64,000 nucleotides of DNA from a virus (IMGVR_UViG_2919414237_000001:3338-67337); one strand, 5' to 3'. Shown: positions 1 to 8,927, counted from the stretch's first letter. Notes: generated from the sequence alone by a model not told the origin. Translations and numbers: made by a program.

Positions 1-121
1 CAAAGCCGTACTTCTTAAAATGGCGCTTAACTTTTGCGCTGAACGGCTTTGGTTCACACCGAACCCGACCTCCTCGCAAAAATTCGCCAATGGACATGGA
101 CTGCGTCCTAGTCGTTTTCAT
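1..121 (-). CDS. Hypothetical protein, N-terminus only (MKTTRTQSMSIGEFLRGG...), truncated by the window edge
   Basis: ATG at 121 preceded by GGAGG; frame open to base 1; not in the ORF track. Confidence 0.5.
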   Translation of the reverse strand, partial: MKTTRTQSMSIGEFLRGGRVRCEPKPFSAKVKRHFKKYGF

Positions 122-239
122 ATTGGTCAGCCTCCGTCAAACTTTATTTCGGTTAGTAACCGATTGTACTTGCAATATTACGCTGAGGCCGGAATATGCT
201 GACGTTAAAGAACGTCGGCTTCTTAGCCCCGTTCCGTGC

Positions 240-464
240 TTACAATCTTAACCCACTTAATTGCGTCATGCTTAGGTTAGTAACCGCCTGAGCTGGCGCT
301 TTTTTTATTGTTCTGACGGCGCTTCCGCCCTCCATGTCGCGTTGGATAAGTCGTTTGATATACGCCGAGAAATTCGGATACTGCTCGACATGCTCCTTCA
401 TTTGTCGCTGAAACGGGTCGATTACGTTAAAACTAACGGACTTATTAACGATTTTCTTCGCCAT
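240..464 (-). CDS. Small ribbon-helix-helix-like DNA-binding protein
   Basis: KSVSFN strand followed by NFSAYIKRLIQRDM helix; GGAGG RBS. Confidence 0.6.
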   Translation of the reverse strand: MAKKIVNKSVSFNVIDPFQRQMKEHVEQYPNFSAYIKRLIQRDMEGGSAVRTIKKAPAQAVTNLSMTQLSGLRL

Positions 465-617
465 GCTATGCGCCTCCTAACTAGTTAACGACCAGTTCCT
501 TACTGGTTAATATACTGTATGGGCGACTGGCCGTCCGTGATACCACAAATGTTGCGTTTGTATAAAAAAAGTTATTTTCGGACAAGATGGAGGTAAAAAC
601 GCATGAGGTGACGTAGC

Positions 618-839
618 TTGTTCGGACTAGGAAAACCACGAAGCAAATTCGGTAAATGGATGGATCGGAAAGGAATCGAGCAGAAGGATGTCGCAGAGAA
701 AGCGAAGGTTAGCGAGATGACATTGACGCGCCTTTGTAACGATAAGAATCACAGGCCGCGCATATCTACGTGGATGAAAATTGAACGTGCGCTGAAATCG
801 ATGGGATACGATGTGGACCGTGACTATTTCGACTTATAA
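618..839 (+). CDS. XRE-family helix-turn-helix regulator
   Basis: QKDVAEKAKVSEMTLTRLCN HTH; GAGGTG RBS; TTG start. Confidence 0.8.
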   Translation: MFGLGKPRSKFGKWMDRKGIEQKDVAEKAKVSEMTLTRLCNDKNHRPRISTWMKIERALKSMGYDVDRDYFDL

Positions 840-842
840 ACG

Positions 843-872
843 AAGAAAAAGCCCCGGCAATTACGCCAGGGC
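843..872 (-). terminator. Intrinsic terminator after the 861-1286 gene
   Basis: GCCCUGGC/GCCGGGGC stem followed by UUUUUCUU on the minus strand. Confidence 0.6.
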
Positions 873-1286
873 TGATATTTCGCGATATGATTTTTCGTTG
901 CAGCGAATATGGAGCGTAACTTCTTCGCCAGTTTCCGGATTGATAAGGTAAACGAAAGCCTTCGAATTGTCTCGCTTGCGCCCGCCAATGGCTGCGCCGG
1001 CAATAGTTCCGAGGGGTCCGGCGACTACTGTTCCGACGATGGCGCCGCCTGCCGCCTTGCCTGCGCTACGTGTTGCGCCTTCTTCCCATTCGATACCGTC
1101 GAGTTTCCATTGGTCTTTCGATAAGAACGGAATGTTAATCGTGACGATTCCTCGCTGATCTTCCGCAATCATGACGGCTTTACGAATGCCGCCAGGTATC
1201 TGCTTGCCCGTCAAGTTTAAATCGTTGCCACCGGATAAAATATCGAGCTCAATTCGTTGCTTAAACGCATCTTTAAAAAATCCCAC
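861..1286 (-). CDS. Hypothetical protein with glycine-zipper-like hydrophobic segment (moron-like)
   Basis: AAGGAIVGTVVAGPLGTIAGAAIGG motif; GGAGGAG RBS with GTG start. Confidence 0.75.
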   Translation of the reverse strand: MGFFKDAFKQRIELDILSGGNDLNLTGKQIPGGIRKAVMIAEDQRGIVTINIPFLSKDQWKLDGIEWEEGATRSAGKAAGGAIVGTVVAGPLGTIAGAAIGGRKRDNSKAFVYLINPETGEEVTLHIRCNEKSYREISALA

Positions 1287-1315
1287 CGTAATCTCCTCCG
1301 TACTTTTTATAGTAA

Positions 1316-1344
1316 ATTTTACCTTATAATACGGTATATGTAAA
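1316..1344 (-). promoter_or_regulatory. SigA-type promoter for the 861-1286 gene
   Basis: TTTACA-17 bp-TAAAAT on the minus strand. Confidence 0.65.
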
Positions 1345-1385
1345 GGACGGGCCGGTTATGCGTGACCCGTCGTTAAAAATTTCGC

Positions 1386-1685
1386 TTATATTCGTCCGCC
1401 CACCGAAAACTTTTCGACATCGCTTGCGAACTCATCGCCGTTATCTTTCTTTACGATACCTTGCAAAGCATATCCGCCACTAGTCGCCAAGTCTTCGCGC
1501 GTTAACGTGATTTGACATACGCCATTGGTTGCGTCAGTAACGTTTGCCACCTTTTCGAATTTATCGCGTCCACTAGGCTTAATTACGATAGTTACCGTCG
1601 CCCCATTTAACGGAACGATGGCGCCAGCATCTCGCACTAAGAATTCGTAGACTGTTCCATTGTCGCCGACTTTTATTCCGGCCAT
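1386..1685 (-). CDS. BppU N-terminal-like structural protein
   Basis: VPLNGATVTIVIK...DATNGVCQITLTREDLATSGGYALQ pattern. Confidence 0.65.
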   Translation of the reverse strand: MAGIKVGDNGTVYEFLVRDAGAIVPLNGATVTIVIKPSGRDKFEKVANVTDATNGVCQITLTREDLATSGGYALQGIVKKDNGDEFASDVEKFSVGGRI

Positions 1686-1703
1686 ATCACCGCCTCCTCT
1701 TCG

Positions 1704-2939
1704 TTACATTTTCAATTTGCTTTGCATCCGTTGAGTGATTCCGAGCGTTGCCGACTTGTTTTGCGTAATATTTAGCACGATTTGAATGACTTCGTGATAT
1801 TCGTTCCAATCTTCGAGAATCGCTTGGAGCATATCGAAGTCGAGCGCGCCGTCCGAGTAAAAGCGCTGAGCCGTGTCAGCCTTGACGGAAACATCCGAGT
1901 AAATCGTTTGGTTCGCATCAAACTTCGAAGACGCGTCCGCATAGATTACGAGTTTTAAGTCCGTACTATTTACGCCCACTTGATAGAATTGTTGCGCTAG
2001 GTCGGCGCTGACCGTGATGTCCGAATAAACCGCTTGCTTGCTATCAAACACCGCAGCATTGTCCGCATATAACACCATACGAATATCAAACGGAGTGGAG
2101 CCATCAATGCCGCCTGAGAAGAATTCCTGAAGCGTATCGAATAGCGATGAGGCATCCGAGTAGAACGATTGACGCGTGTCATAGCCCGTCGCAGAATCGT
2201 TGTAAATCGCCTGTTTTATGTCCGTTTGAACGGTTGAGTCAACGTATAACTGCTCGAATGTATCGAATGACGTAAACGAATCCGAATAAAGCGATTGTCT
2301 TAAGTCCGTACTCACTGCTCCGTCTAAATAGAGGGATTGGCGTAAGTCGAACGCTGTGGAGCCGTCTGTTCCGGTTGGAGTCCCCGAATCTTCAATATAA
2401 AAATTATCCCATCTACCGTAAGCAGCAGTTGTTGAGCCTCTCCACGAACTTAATCCGTGGTTTGTTTTCGTCTGATTAATAGTTGACGTACCTGAAACAA
2501 TCAATGTTCCATTTCGGTATACGCTTATAGATGTACCGCTCAATACAATTTTAAATACATCATTAGCCGCGTTGTATATAGATGTAGTAGCTATATTTGT
2601 AAAGGTTGAACCCGAAAACGATTGAATCTTAATAGGATTCCCGTTTACAATTAACCCTGTGTTTGTGGTTGGATCATACCTCATGACTGCCATGAAGTAA
2701 TCAGACGTGTTAGATTGTATTGCAGTCACATTGATAGTAACATCTGATTGACCGCAGTCCACATAGGCAATAACAGGATTTGTTCCCGAATAAGGATATG
2801 CAACATTCCCTAATATTCCAAATACAGAACCGCTTCTATATTGCCATGTTTTCGCAGTACCACCATTATAGGAATCTGTCGTTCCTAAGCCTGTTGTACT
2901 GTCAGCCCTATTAAATGAATCTGAAACAATAACCGCCAT
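1704..2939 (-). CDS. Protein with N-terminal beta-sandwich (lectin-like) domain and 13 x 14-aa repeats
   Basis: SDSFNRAD start and WDNF end of a beta-rich domain; repeats xxxxxDxxQxxYxD at aa 193-377. Confidence 0.8.
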   Translation of the reverse strand: MAVIVSDSFNRADSTTGLGTTDSYNGGTAKTWQYRSGSVFGILGNVAYPYSGTNPVIAYVDCGQSDVTINVTAIQSNTSDYFMAVMRYDPTTNTGLIVNGNPIKIQSFSGSTFTNIATTSIYNAANDVFKIVLSGTSISVYRNGTLIVSGTSTINQTKTNHGLSSWRGSTTAAYGRWDNFYIEDSGTPTGTDGSTAFDLRQSLYLDGAVSTDLRQSLYSDSFTSFDTFEQLYVDSTVQTDIKQAIYNDSATGYDTRQSFYSDASSLFDTLQEFFSGGIDGSTPFDIRMVLYADNAAVFDSKQAVYSDITVSADLAQQFYQVGVNSTDLKLVIYADASSKFDANQTIYSDVSVKADTAQRFYSDGALDFDMLQAILEDWNEYHEVIQIVLNITQNKSATLGITQRMQSKLKM

Positions 2940-3193
2940 TAACTACCACCTACCCACCAATTACCATACACATCATCGAACGGTACGCCTTTTGCATTAC
3001 AGGCGTTCATTAAGGCTTGGTACGGCAATTGCTTTACTCGACCTGCTTTTGTCGGCAATTCTACGGGTGTAGCAATTAAATACTCACCATCGCTTCCGAC
3101 ATTCCCAACAAAAGGAGTGCCGTCTGGAACATCAGGCCTAATCGGATCATCATATGCACCCGTTCCGATTTTAGGTAAAGTATAGTAATTCAT
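2939..3193 (-). CDS. Hypothetical phage protein
   Basis: GGAG RBS; TAATG coupling to the next gene. Confidence 0.75.
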   Translation of the reverse strand: MNYYTLPKIGTGAYDDPIRPDVPDGTPFVGNVGSDGEYLIATPVELPTKAGRVKQLPYQALMNACNAKGVPFDDVYGNWWVGGS

Positions 3194-3206
3194 TAAGAAT
3201 CACTCC

Positions 3207-3617
3207 TTAAACCGCAAACTCACGGTAGTTAACCGTTAATTTAATATCGGTTTTATTTTGTACGGATTGACCTGACGGCGAAACAACCTTCATCCAAAAC
3301 GGCTTTCCTGTGGTATCTCCGCTTCCTGCCGCTCCAATATTTGCCATTGTGAGTGCCGCTCCTGCTGCGCCGTATGTTCCGGCTACTCCTGCGTTATCTG
3401 GCGCAAGGAATACCCAAGTGGATTCGTCTGTGCTGACGGCATCAGTCGGATCAATATTCACGTTCTGATAATATTTCGTCGCATCGTTATTAAACAAGTA
3501 CAACTTTTGCTCGACGGTTGAACCGGTAATCGGATGCTGCGTGCTAATCGGATTCGAATTGTCTCCCGTTGATACTACGTCAGTAAGTCCGCTATTCTTC
3601 GAAATTTTCAATGCCAT
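3207..3617 (-). CDS. Hypothetical beta-rich, probably structural, protein
   Basis: GGAGG RBS; T/G/V/N-rich composition. Confidence 0.75.
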   Translation of the reverse strand: MALKISKNSGLTDVVSTGDNSNPISTQHPITGSTVEQKLYLFNNDATKYYQNVNIDPTDAVSTDESTWVFLAPDNAGVAGTYGAAGAALTMANIGAAGSGDTTGKPFWMKVVSPSGQSVQNKTDIKLTVNYREFAV

Positions 3618-3632
3618 TCGTTATTCCTCCTT

Positions 3633-3664
3633 AAAATAAAAAGGCAGCCCGTTATGGACCGCCC
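3633..3664 (-). terminator. Intrinsic terminator after the holin
   Basis: GGCGGUCC/GGGCUGCC stem followed by UUUUUAUUUU. Confidence 0.7.
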
Positions 3665-3873
3665 TATCCTTGTAATTTCGCCTTCTGCTCCGCGCCTTTC
3701 TTACCAAAGAAGTTATGCTTCACGAATCCCCATACCGCAGCCGCTCCGGTCACTACTAGCGAAACAGTCACGTCATCCACATGCGGAATCTTTTCGTAGC
3801 CTTTCGATGCCAAATACGTATTCACAAAACCGAGCACCAACACGATAGCCCTTACGATAGTTCCTTTATCCAT
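3664..3873 (-). CDS. Holin, SPP1 family
   Basis: MDKGTIVRAIVLVLGFVN start, two TM segments, basic C-terminus, next to the endolysin. Confidence 0.85.
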   Translation of the reverse strand: MDKGTIVRAIVLVLGFVNTYLASKGYEKIPHVDDVTVSLVVTGAAAVWGFVKHNFFGKKGAEQKAKLQG

Positions 3874-3879
3874 TTTCCG

Positions 3880-4671
3880 TCACCCTTTCCGCACTTTTAC
3901 GTATTTCGTACTTCCCGTGATATATAGTCCGCTTTTAAGCTGATACATTTTCGCGCCGCCAACCGTTAGCGAGCGCAGAATCGTAAACACATCGCCTTTG
4001 TTAACGATTGGGCCGCTTTTATCGTTCCAGTTCGGCGAGCCATACGTATGCAAGGAATCGACTAGCACTTCGAGCAATTGGCGTTCAGGCTTCGCTTTTA
4101 CCGATTCTTTTACCGCAGGCTTTGGCGCATTAACGACCGCATCCACGCGCTTCTTAAAATCCGCAAATTTAGACGCATCACTAACCCAAGGCGCCGGACA
4201 TAGTTTTCCGGTGATATCGAAATGCCGGTAAATGTCCGTTTTCGGGTCGAGTTTAAATTGTCGGCATAAGTCCGCAACAACATCGACAGTCCGAGCGATT
4301 GTATCCGCGTGAATTGCTCCGCCCTTCTCTACGCACATTTCAACGCCGATAGTCGTTAAGTTGGCGCCCCCATTTTTATAATACGAAGCAGTTGCCGCAA
4401 GCTTAGCGACCTTGCACGGCTTTTCATTCGCATGGTAGGCGACTTCGTTTAACGGAATGTCAAGCGTTGCACTGTCGCGATCAACGAAGATGTGTGCCGA
4501 TGCATAGCGCCCGCCGCCTCCGTCTGAACCATCAAAAAATTGAACTTCTCTTTCGTCTGTTGCGCATGGGTCAGCCGTCCAGTGCATTACGATTCCTTTT
4601 ACTCCGAGTAATTTAATGCCGGGCCGTGAAAATTCGTTAATTTGCAAATAGTCCGTTTGCCAATTCGTCAT
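3880..4671 (-). CDS. Endolysin, N-acetylmuramoyl-L-alanine amidase (Amidase_2) with C-terminal cell-wall-binding domain
   Basis: IVMHWTA, ASAHIFVD, VAYHA, TIGVEMC, RHFDITGKLCP motifs. Confidence 0.93.
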   Translation of the reverse strand: MTNWQTDYLQINEFSRPGIKLLGVKGIVMHWTADPCATDEREVQFFDGSDGGGGRYASAHIFVDRDSATLDIPLNEVAYHANEKPCKVAKLAATASYYKNGGANLTTIGVEMCVEKGGAIHADTIARTVDVVADLCRQFKLDPKTDIYRHFDITGKLCPAPWVSDASKFADFKKRVDAVVNAPKPAVKESVKAKPERQLLEVLVDSLHTYGSPNWNDKSGPIVNKGDVFTILRSLTVGGAKMYQLKSGLYITGSTKYVKVRKG

Positions 4672-4762
4672 TGCTAATAGCTCCCTTTCTAGCGTATAAT
4701 TTAATTAAGGTCGGAACCGTGTACTTCGATTTTCAGGCGTAAGTCACGGGGCCGACTGGTTT

Positions 4763-5017
4763 TTAAAAAGCTACACTTACAATAATTGCGGCCAACGATA
4801 TTAACGCGGTTATCGTCAAACCAATCGCCCACATGGCGGTTTTTTTAATTCCGTCAATTTTAGTCGAGTTTTCATCCGACTTTGCTTTTGCTTCTTTCGC
4901 AATTTCCTTCGCTTCTTCCGCTTTTACTTTGATTTCGTTCATCATATCCATCTTCGTATCAATCCGGACTAGCCATTCGCGAATCTCCATCCAATCGCGA
5001 TTTGTCGGTTCCGTCAT
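4763..5017 (-). CDS. xhlA: XhlA/hemolysin-like lysis protein
   Basis: Coiled coil plus C-terminal TM (WAIGLTITALISLA); AAGGAGG RBS places the start at 5017. Confidence 0.75.
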   Translation of the reverse strand: MTEPTNRDWMEIREWLVRIDTKMDMMNEIKVKAEEAKEIAKEAKAKSDENSTKIDGIKKTAMWAIGLTITALISLAAIIVSVAF

Positions 5018-5083
5018 CTTACGCCCTCCTTTCCGGTCCATGATTTACGCAAAGAAAATGGCGGACACGGCGCCCGCCTATTA

Positions 5084-5326
5084 TTACGGCAATACTACGA
5101 CAGTGGTAATTAGCGCCACGGTATCGTCATACTCTTGCTGGTTGATATAACCTTTCGCCAATGCGTCGTCAATTTGCTCGCGTGTAAAGTTATTCGCCGC
5201 ATATTGCTTAACGGGTTGCCAATATTCTTCGGGAATACCCGCATAACCGTCGCGTGCTGTGAAGCGCTCAGTGCCGTAAAGGTAAATTTTCCTTGCGTAA
5301 GGACCAACTTTAAACGAATAAACCAT
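5084..5326 (-). CDS. Small tail-associated protein (XkdX-like position)
   Basis: GGAGG RBS; IDDALAKGYINQQEYD motif; located between fibre and lysis genes. Confidence 0.65.
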   Translation of the reverse strand: MVYSFKVGPYARKIYLYGTERFTARDGYAGIPEEYWQPVKQYAANNFTREQIDDALAKGYINQQEYDDTVALITTVVVLP

Positions 5327-5328
5327 TT

Positions 5329-5718
5329 CTATACCCCTCCGTTAGTTACGAAATCAGATAACGCTAATAAATCATCGTTCATTTGTTGAGTTTGCGCCTT
5401 CAACTCCGCAACCTGCTCCGTCAAAGCCTTCTGAAACACCTGTGGAGCATCCGGCTGACTCGGATCAGGATACGAAAACTCAATCGCCTTAGTATCCACA
5501 TTCACCCGATACCCGTTACACTCCGCAAAATCCTGCGAATAGGCTCCGAATGGCAATTCAATCACATCGAAGGTGTCTCGGTTGCGTTCGGATAATACCG
5601 TAAAGCTTGCGATGTCTTGGTCGATGGTTGTGGCTACGACTGAGCCTTGACGTTCTCCTGTGTCTAAAATAACGTTGCCTGTTGATATTTCATGATAAAT
5701 TCTTCTTCCGATTTGCAT
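5329..5718 (-). CDS. Putative tail fibre assembly protein
   Basis: MQIGRRIYHEISTGNVILDTGE start, recalled from Bacillales phage tail ends; C-terminal coiled coil. Confidence 0.65.
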   Translation of the reverse strand: MQIGRRIYHEISTGNVILDTGERQGSVVATTIDQDIASFTVLSERNRDTFDVIELPFGAYSQDFAECNGYRVNVDTKAIEFSYPDPSQPDAPQVFQKALTEQVAELKAQTQQMNDDLLALSDFVTNGGV

Positions 5719-5730
5719 TTAATCCCCTCC

Positions 5731-6180
5731 TTATGCTATCGCTAACCACTTATAGTTAACAGTTGCTCTTAGGACTGTTCCTGTCCACCCATTAGAAGTT
5801 AATGAAAATCTATTTGCACCATAAGTGCTATTGTATAAGCACGCTCCTGTCACGTTATCCGTACCATTAGGGTCAACCCCTGATTTCTTCGATGAGAAGG
5901 TTATATAAAATTCTGAATTAGATTGGTAAATAATAATCATAGATGGTGCAAATGCTAATCCTGAGAAATTATAACCCATGCTACTATCTGAATTCATATT
6001 ACCGTTTGCCCAACTTTTATTTCCAACATTAGCTAATGTCCCAACCGCACTAACCATCGTATCCCAAGAATCCGTATCATTCACCGTTCCACCCTTGCCA
6101 CGAATCGCACCGCCTAAGGAAGCTCTTATTTTCGAATCAAAGCCAAGTCTGTTATTCACTAATCGATTCATTCCCATCAC
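5731..6180 (-). CDS. Putative tail fibre distal/receptor-binding protein
   Basis: FSGLAFAPSMIII and NYKWLAIA-type C-terminus; position in tail end. Confidence 0.6.
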   Translation of the reverse strand: MMGMNRLVNNRLGFDSKIRASLGGAIRGKGGTVNDTDSWDTMVSAVGTLANVGNKSWANGNMNSDSSMGYNFSGLAFAPSMIIIYQSNSEFYITFSSKKSGVDPNGTDNVTGACLYNSTYGANRFSLTSNGWTGTVLRATVNYKWLAIA

Positions 6181-6482
6181 ACTACCTCTACGCCACTAAT
6201 AAATAAGTTAACAGCGTTCACAGTCCCTTGTAAGGCAGTAATTGCCTGAGATGCTGGAATAACTACGCTGCATGGGAGCGATACAGTATCGTTCGGATTT
6301 ATTGTGTATCCACTAATAATGTTCTTGCCATTAATAGAAATGGTAATTGTTGCAGCAGTTGCAGTAGTATTTACCATTGTAATATCTTTCACAATCGTTG
6401 TAGTTGACGCAGGAACAGTGTAAACCGTGTTGCTTGTCGTGCTCGGTGTATTGGCGTATAATTGTTTTGGTGTATTAGCCAA
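6177..6482 (-). CDS. Tail fibre-associated hypothetical protein
   Basis: T/V-rich; coupled to neighbouring genes. Confidence 0.7.
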   Translation of the reverse strand: MANTPKQLYANTPSTTSNTVYTVPASTTTIVKDITMVNTTATAATITISINGKNIISGYTINPNDTVSLPCSVVIPASQAITALQGTVNAVNLFISGVEVV

Positions 6483-6896
6483 CTAAATTGCCCCCATCCA
6501 ATATAGTATTTCTAAATCGTTAACCTTGTTTAATGATGCTTGAACATTCGCATCTAAGTCTGTTTTAGGTATTCCAGCACCAGGTTTCGTATATTTCAAC
6601 ACCGCAGTATCGTAAACGGTTTTTACGCTATTAGGCGTTGCCGCCGTCGTTATACTTGTGCTTGAAATCGAGTCCGTTAATTGCACAATACCCTTTTGTG
6701 TCGTGCTTGCATCATTGACCGTAGGGATTGGAGGTCTTTGTGCTGGGACCAAAATTCCATCTGCCCCTAACGTCGCTATCCCGCTCGCTACTCCAACTTT
6801 TCCATCAACACCGTTCGCCAATGCGTTCATATCACGCACCACATCAGCGCTAGTATTGCCGGCAATCAATGGCAAGCCTAAATTCGTTGTAGCCAT
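6483..6896 (-). CDS. Short tail fibre protein with phage tail fibre repeat
   Basis: DASTTQKGIVQLTDSISSTSITTAATPNSVK repeat motif. Confidence 0.8.
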   Translation of the reverse strand: MATTNLGLPLIAGNTSADVVRDMNALANGVDGKVGVASGIATLGADGILVPAQRPPIPTVNDASTTQKGIVQLTDSISSTSITTAATPNSVKTVYDTAVLKYTKPGAGIPKTDLDANVQASLNKVNDLEILYWMGAI

Positions 6897-6902
6897 TTTG
6901 CG

Positions 6903-7448
6903 TTACCTCCCGTTTAATATATCGTCATAAGTTTTACCACTCGCCACCATCGCATCATAACTCGCAAACTGCGTTTTTAATTGGTCGTAAGTGACGTAAG
7001 TAAATACGTAGCTAATCGCCAAGTGAGCCGGAATAATTTCACGCAATGCGTTTTGAATATCGGTCATATTCGGAGGCACACCGAGCGTGCTGACAAATTT
7101 AACCGTAACGGTATAATTCGCATTATCCTCGATAACTGCGACATCACCATTCGCATAGGACTCCGCCACGCTTTCAATCAAGCCGACCGTTACCGTGCCA
7201 ATTCCGCGCATCTTTGATTTAACGACGGACCGCCGTTGGTCAATCGGTTTGGTTTCATCGGTGGAAATCCCGCAAATCCGCTCCCAATTGGCGAGTCCCC
7301 AAGTCGCCGTGTCTACGAAGAACTGCGCAAGCACATCGTCAATGTCGGCGTTAAGTTGGTTGATTGCCGATTCATCTGCGCCCACAATCGCCTGAGCCTC
7401 TCGAATTTCTTCGTAATAGCGAGGCAAATAACCATTTAAATCCACCAT
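6903..7448 (-). CDS. Baseplate protein, YmfQ/DUF2313 (XkdU-like)
   Basis: QFFVDTATWGLANWERICG; IIPAHLAISY. Confidence 0.9.
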   Translation of the reverse strand: MVDLNGYLPRYYEEIREAQAIVGADESAINQLNADIDDVLAQFFVDTATWGLANWERICGISTDETKPIDQRRSVVKSKMRGIGTVTVGLIESVAESYANGDVAVIEDNANYTVTVKFVSTLGVPPNMTDIQNALREIIPAHLAISYVFTYVTYDQLKTQFASYDAMVASGKTYDDILNGR

Positions 7449-8503
7449 TATGCGGTCACCGTCCCGGCAACCGCTACGCTAGCGTCTGCAATCGTTATAT
7501 TTGCCGTGCCCCCGTTAACGGTTAGACTCGAATAATCGATAACTGATTCCGCGTCTAGCACTAGCGAAGCAATCTTCGAATAGCGCACGATTGAATCGAC
7601 GAATGCGAGCGTTTTAAGGTAATCAGTTAATAGCGAAGTGATTTCCGCTTTTGCATCATCGACTGTTTTACCGCTGTCGAGCGTTAATGTGACGCTTATA
7701 TTAATCGGAACCTCAGTCGCGCCGACCACCGTAACCGTTGCACCAATTGGGCGATTTTCTTCAATGTGCGAACTTACCGCATCCACAACCGACTGGGCCG
7801 GCGCTGTTTTATCGGCATCAAGCAAAACGACCTTAACGGTGCCACCGCCATTCCAAATCGGATACACTTTCGCATCGCCCACGCCCGCCACTTCTAGCGC
7901 CCATTGGCGATAATGTGCTGCGTTACCGCTAGTGACCGGATTTTGCACGCGATCTTTTAATCTAGCGAGAAGCGATTCGTCGTCTTCCGTATCAACTCCA
8001 CCGTCAAAGTTTGCCGCGTTTGTCACCGATACAATTCCGTATAAGTCGCCAGGTGCAAGCGCATTGATTTCGCCAATTGCTACGTTGCCGGCTGCGCCCG
8101 CTTCCTCCGCTTCAGCTCCGACCGTTGCCGTGCCTCCTACTATGGTTACATCCGCAGTAGTTACGAAAAATATCGGAGATGTTCCGCTCGTTTGTAATCG
8201 AGTGCCCGACGGCACCACCGTATTGTCAGGACCGGTTAAAGTAACGCTTCCAGTTGCCACGACTGCCTGCCGTCTTGTTACGCCATGCTCGCCCGCCCGC
8301 ATATCGAGATAGTTATCTTCGGTTGTGTCCGCGAATCCTAGCGTAAGAACCGCATCCAACTCGATATAGGCGTTTGCAATCTCAATGGCGGCGGGCATCG
8401 TTAAATCGTGCGTGACCGAGCCTTCGCGTTGGTCAATCTCTGGGTCTACGTTTTCGAGCATTGACGCATGTATCACGTCCGGCGTTTTATCCTCATACGC
8501 CAT
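7448..8503 (-). CDS. Baseplate J-like protein (XkdT-like)
   Basis: REGS, SGNAAHYRQWALEVAGVGDAKVYPIWNGGGTVKVV. Confidence 0.93.
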   Translation of the reverse strand: MAYEDKTPDVIHASMLENVDPEIDQREGSVTHDLTMPAAIEIANAYIELDAVLTLGFADTTEDNYLDMRAGEHGVTRRQAVVATGSVTLTGPDNTVVPSGTRLQTSGTSPIFFVTTADVTIVGGTATVGAEAEEAGAAGNVAIGEINALAPGDLYGIVSVTNAANFDGGVDTEDDESLLARLKDRVQNPVTSGNAAHYRQWALEVAGVGDAKVYPIWNGGGTVKVVLLDADKTAPAQSVVDAVSSHIEENRPIGATVTVVGATEVPINISVTLTLDSGKTVDDAKAEITSLLTDYLKTLAFVDSIVRYSKIASLVLDAESVIDYSSLTVNGGTANITIADASVAVAGTVTA

Positions 8504-8927
8504 TAATCGCCACCTCCTCCGTTGTAATTTCTTCGCCCGTTACCGTTACGAGCTGGAATGAAATATATAATTTATCGCCGTCTCGCGTTAAGATAACGTC
8601 TGATACGCTGTCAATCCGATCATCATAAATAAGCGTCTCTTCGACCATTCTCGGAATCTCTGATTCTAAAAGCGCCTGAGTTGCGTCTTCTCCGATAAGG
8701 TCCATTAATTCGGTGCCGTAGTCGTCCGAATAGATTGCGTATTTGCTTCGCTCTGTCATAAGCGACTTTAGCGCGAATTGCTTCGTTGCCTCATCGTCAT
8801 CAATGAATCCGCCGATTACGCCATTTTCAAAATCAATCGCCCAAGTTTTTGACGGTACGACCTCTTCATCGACCACTGTTTCCGGGTCAACTGTTTCGTC
8901 TATATTTTCCGGTGTAAGTGCCATCAT
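8493..8927 (-). CDS. Baseplate wedge protein DUF2634 (XkdS-like)
   Basis: TERSKYAIYSDDYGTEL; EETLIYDDRI. Confidence 0.88.
   Translation of the reverse strand: MMALTPENIDETVDPETVVDEEVVPSKTWAIDFENGVIGGFIDDDEATKQFALKSLMTERSKYAIYSDDYGTELMDLIGEDATQALLESEIPRMVEETLIYDDRIDSVSDVILTRDGDKLYISFQLVTVTGEEITTEEVAINGV

Noticed and set aside
1386-6896. Diversity-generating retroelement or invertible host-range cassette
   Set aside because: No reverse transcriptase, no template/variable repeat pair, and no invertase or flanking inverted repeats seen.
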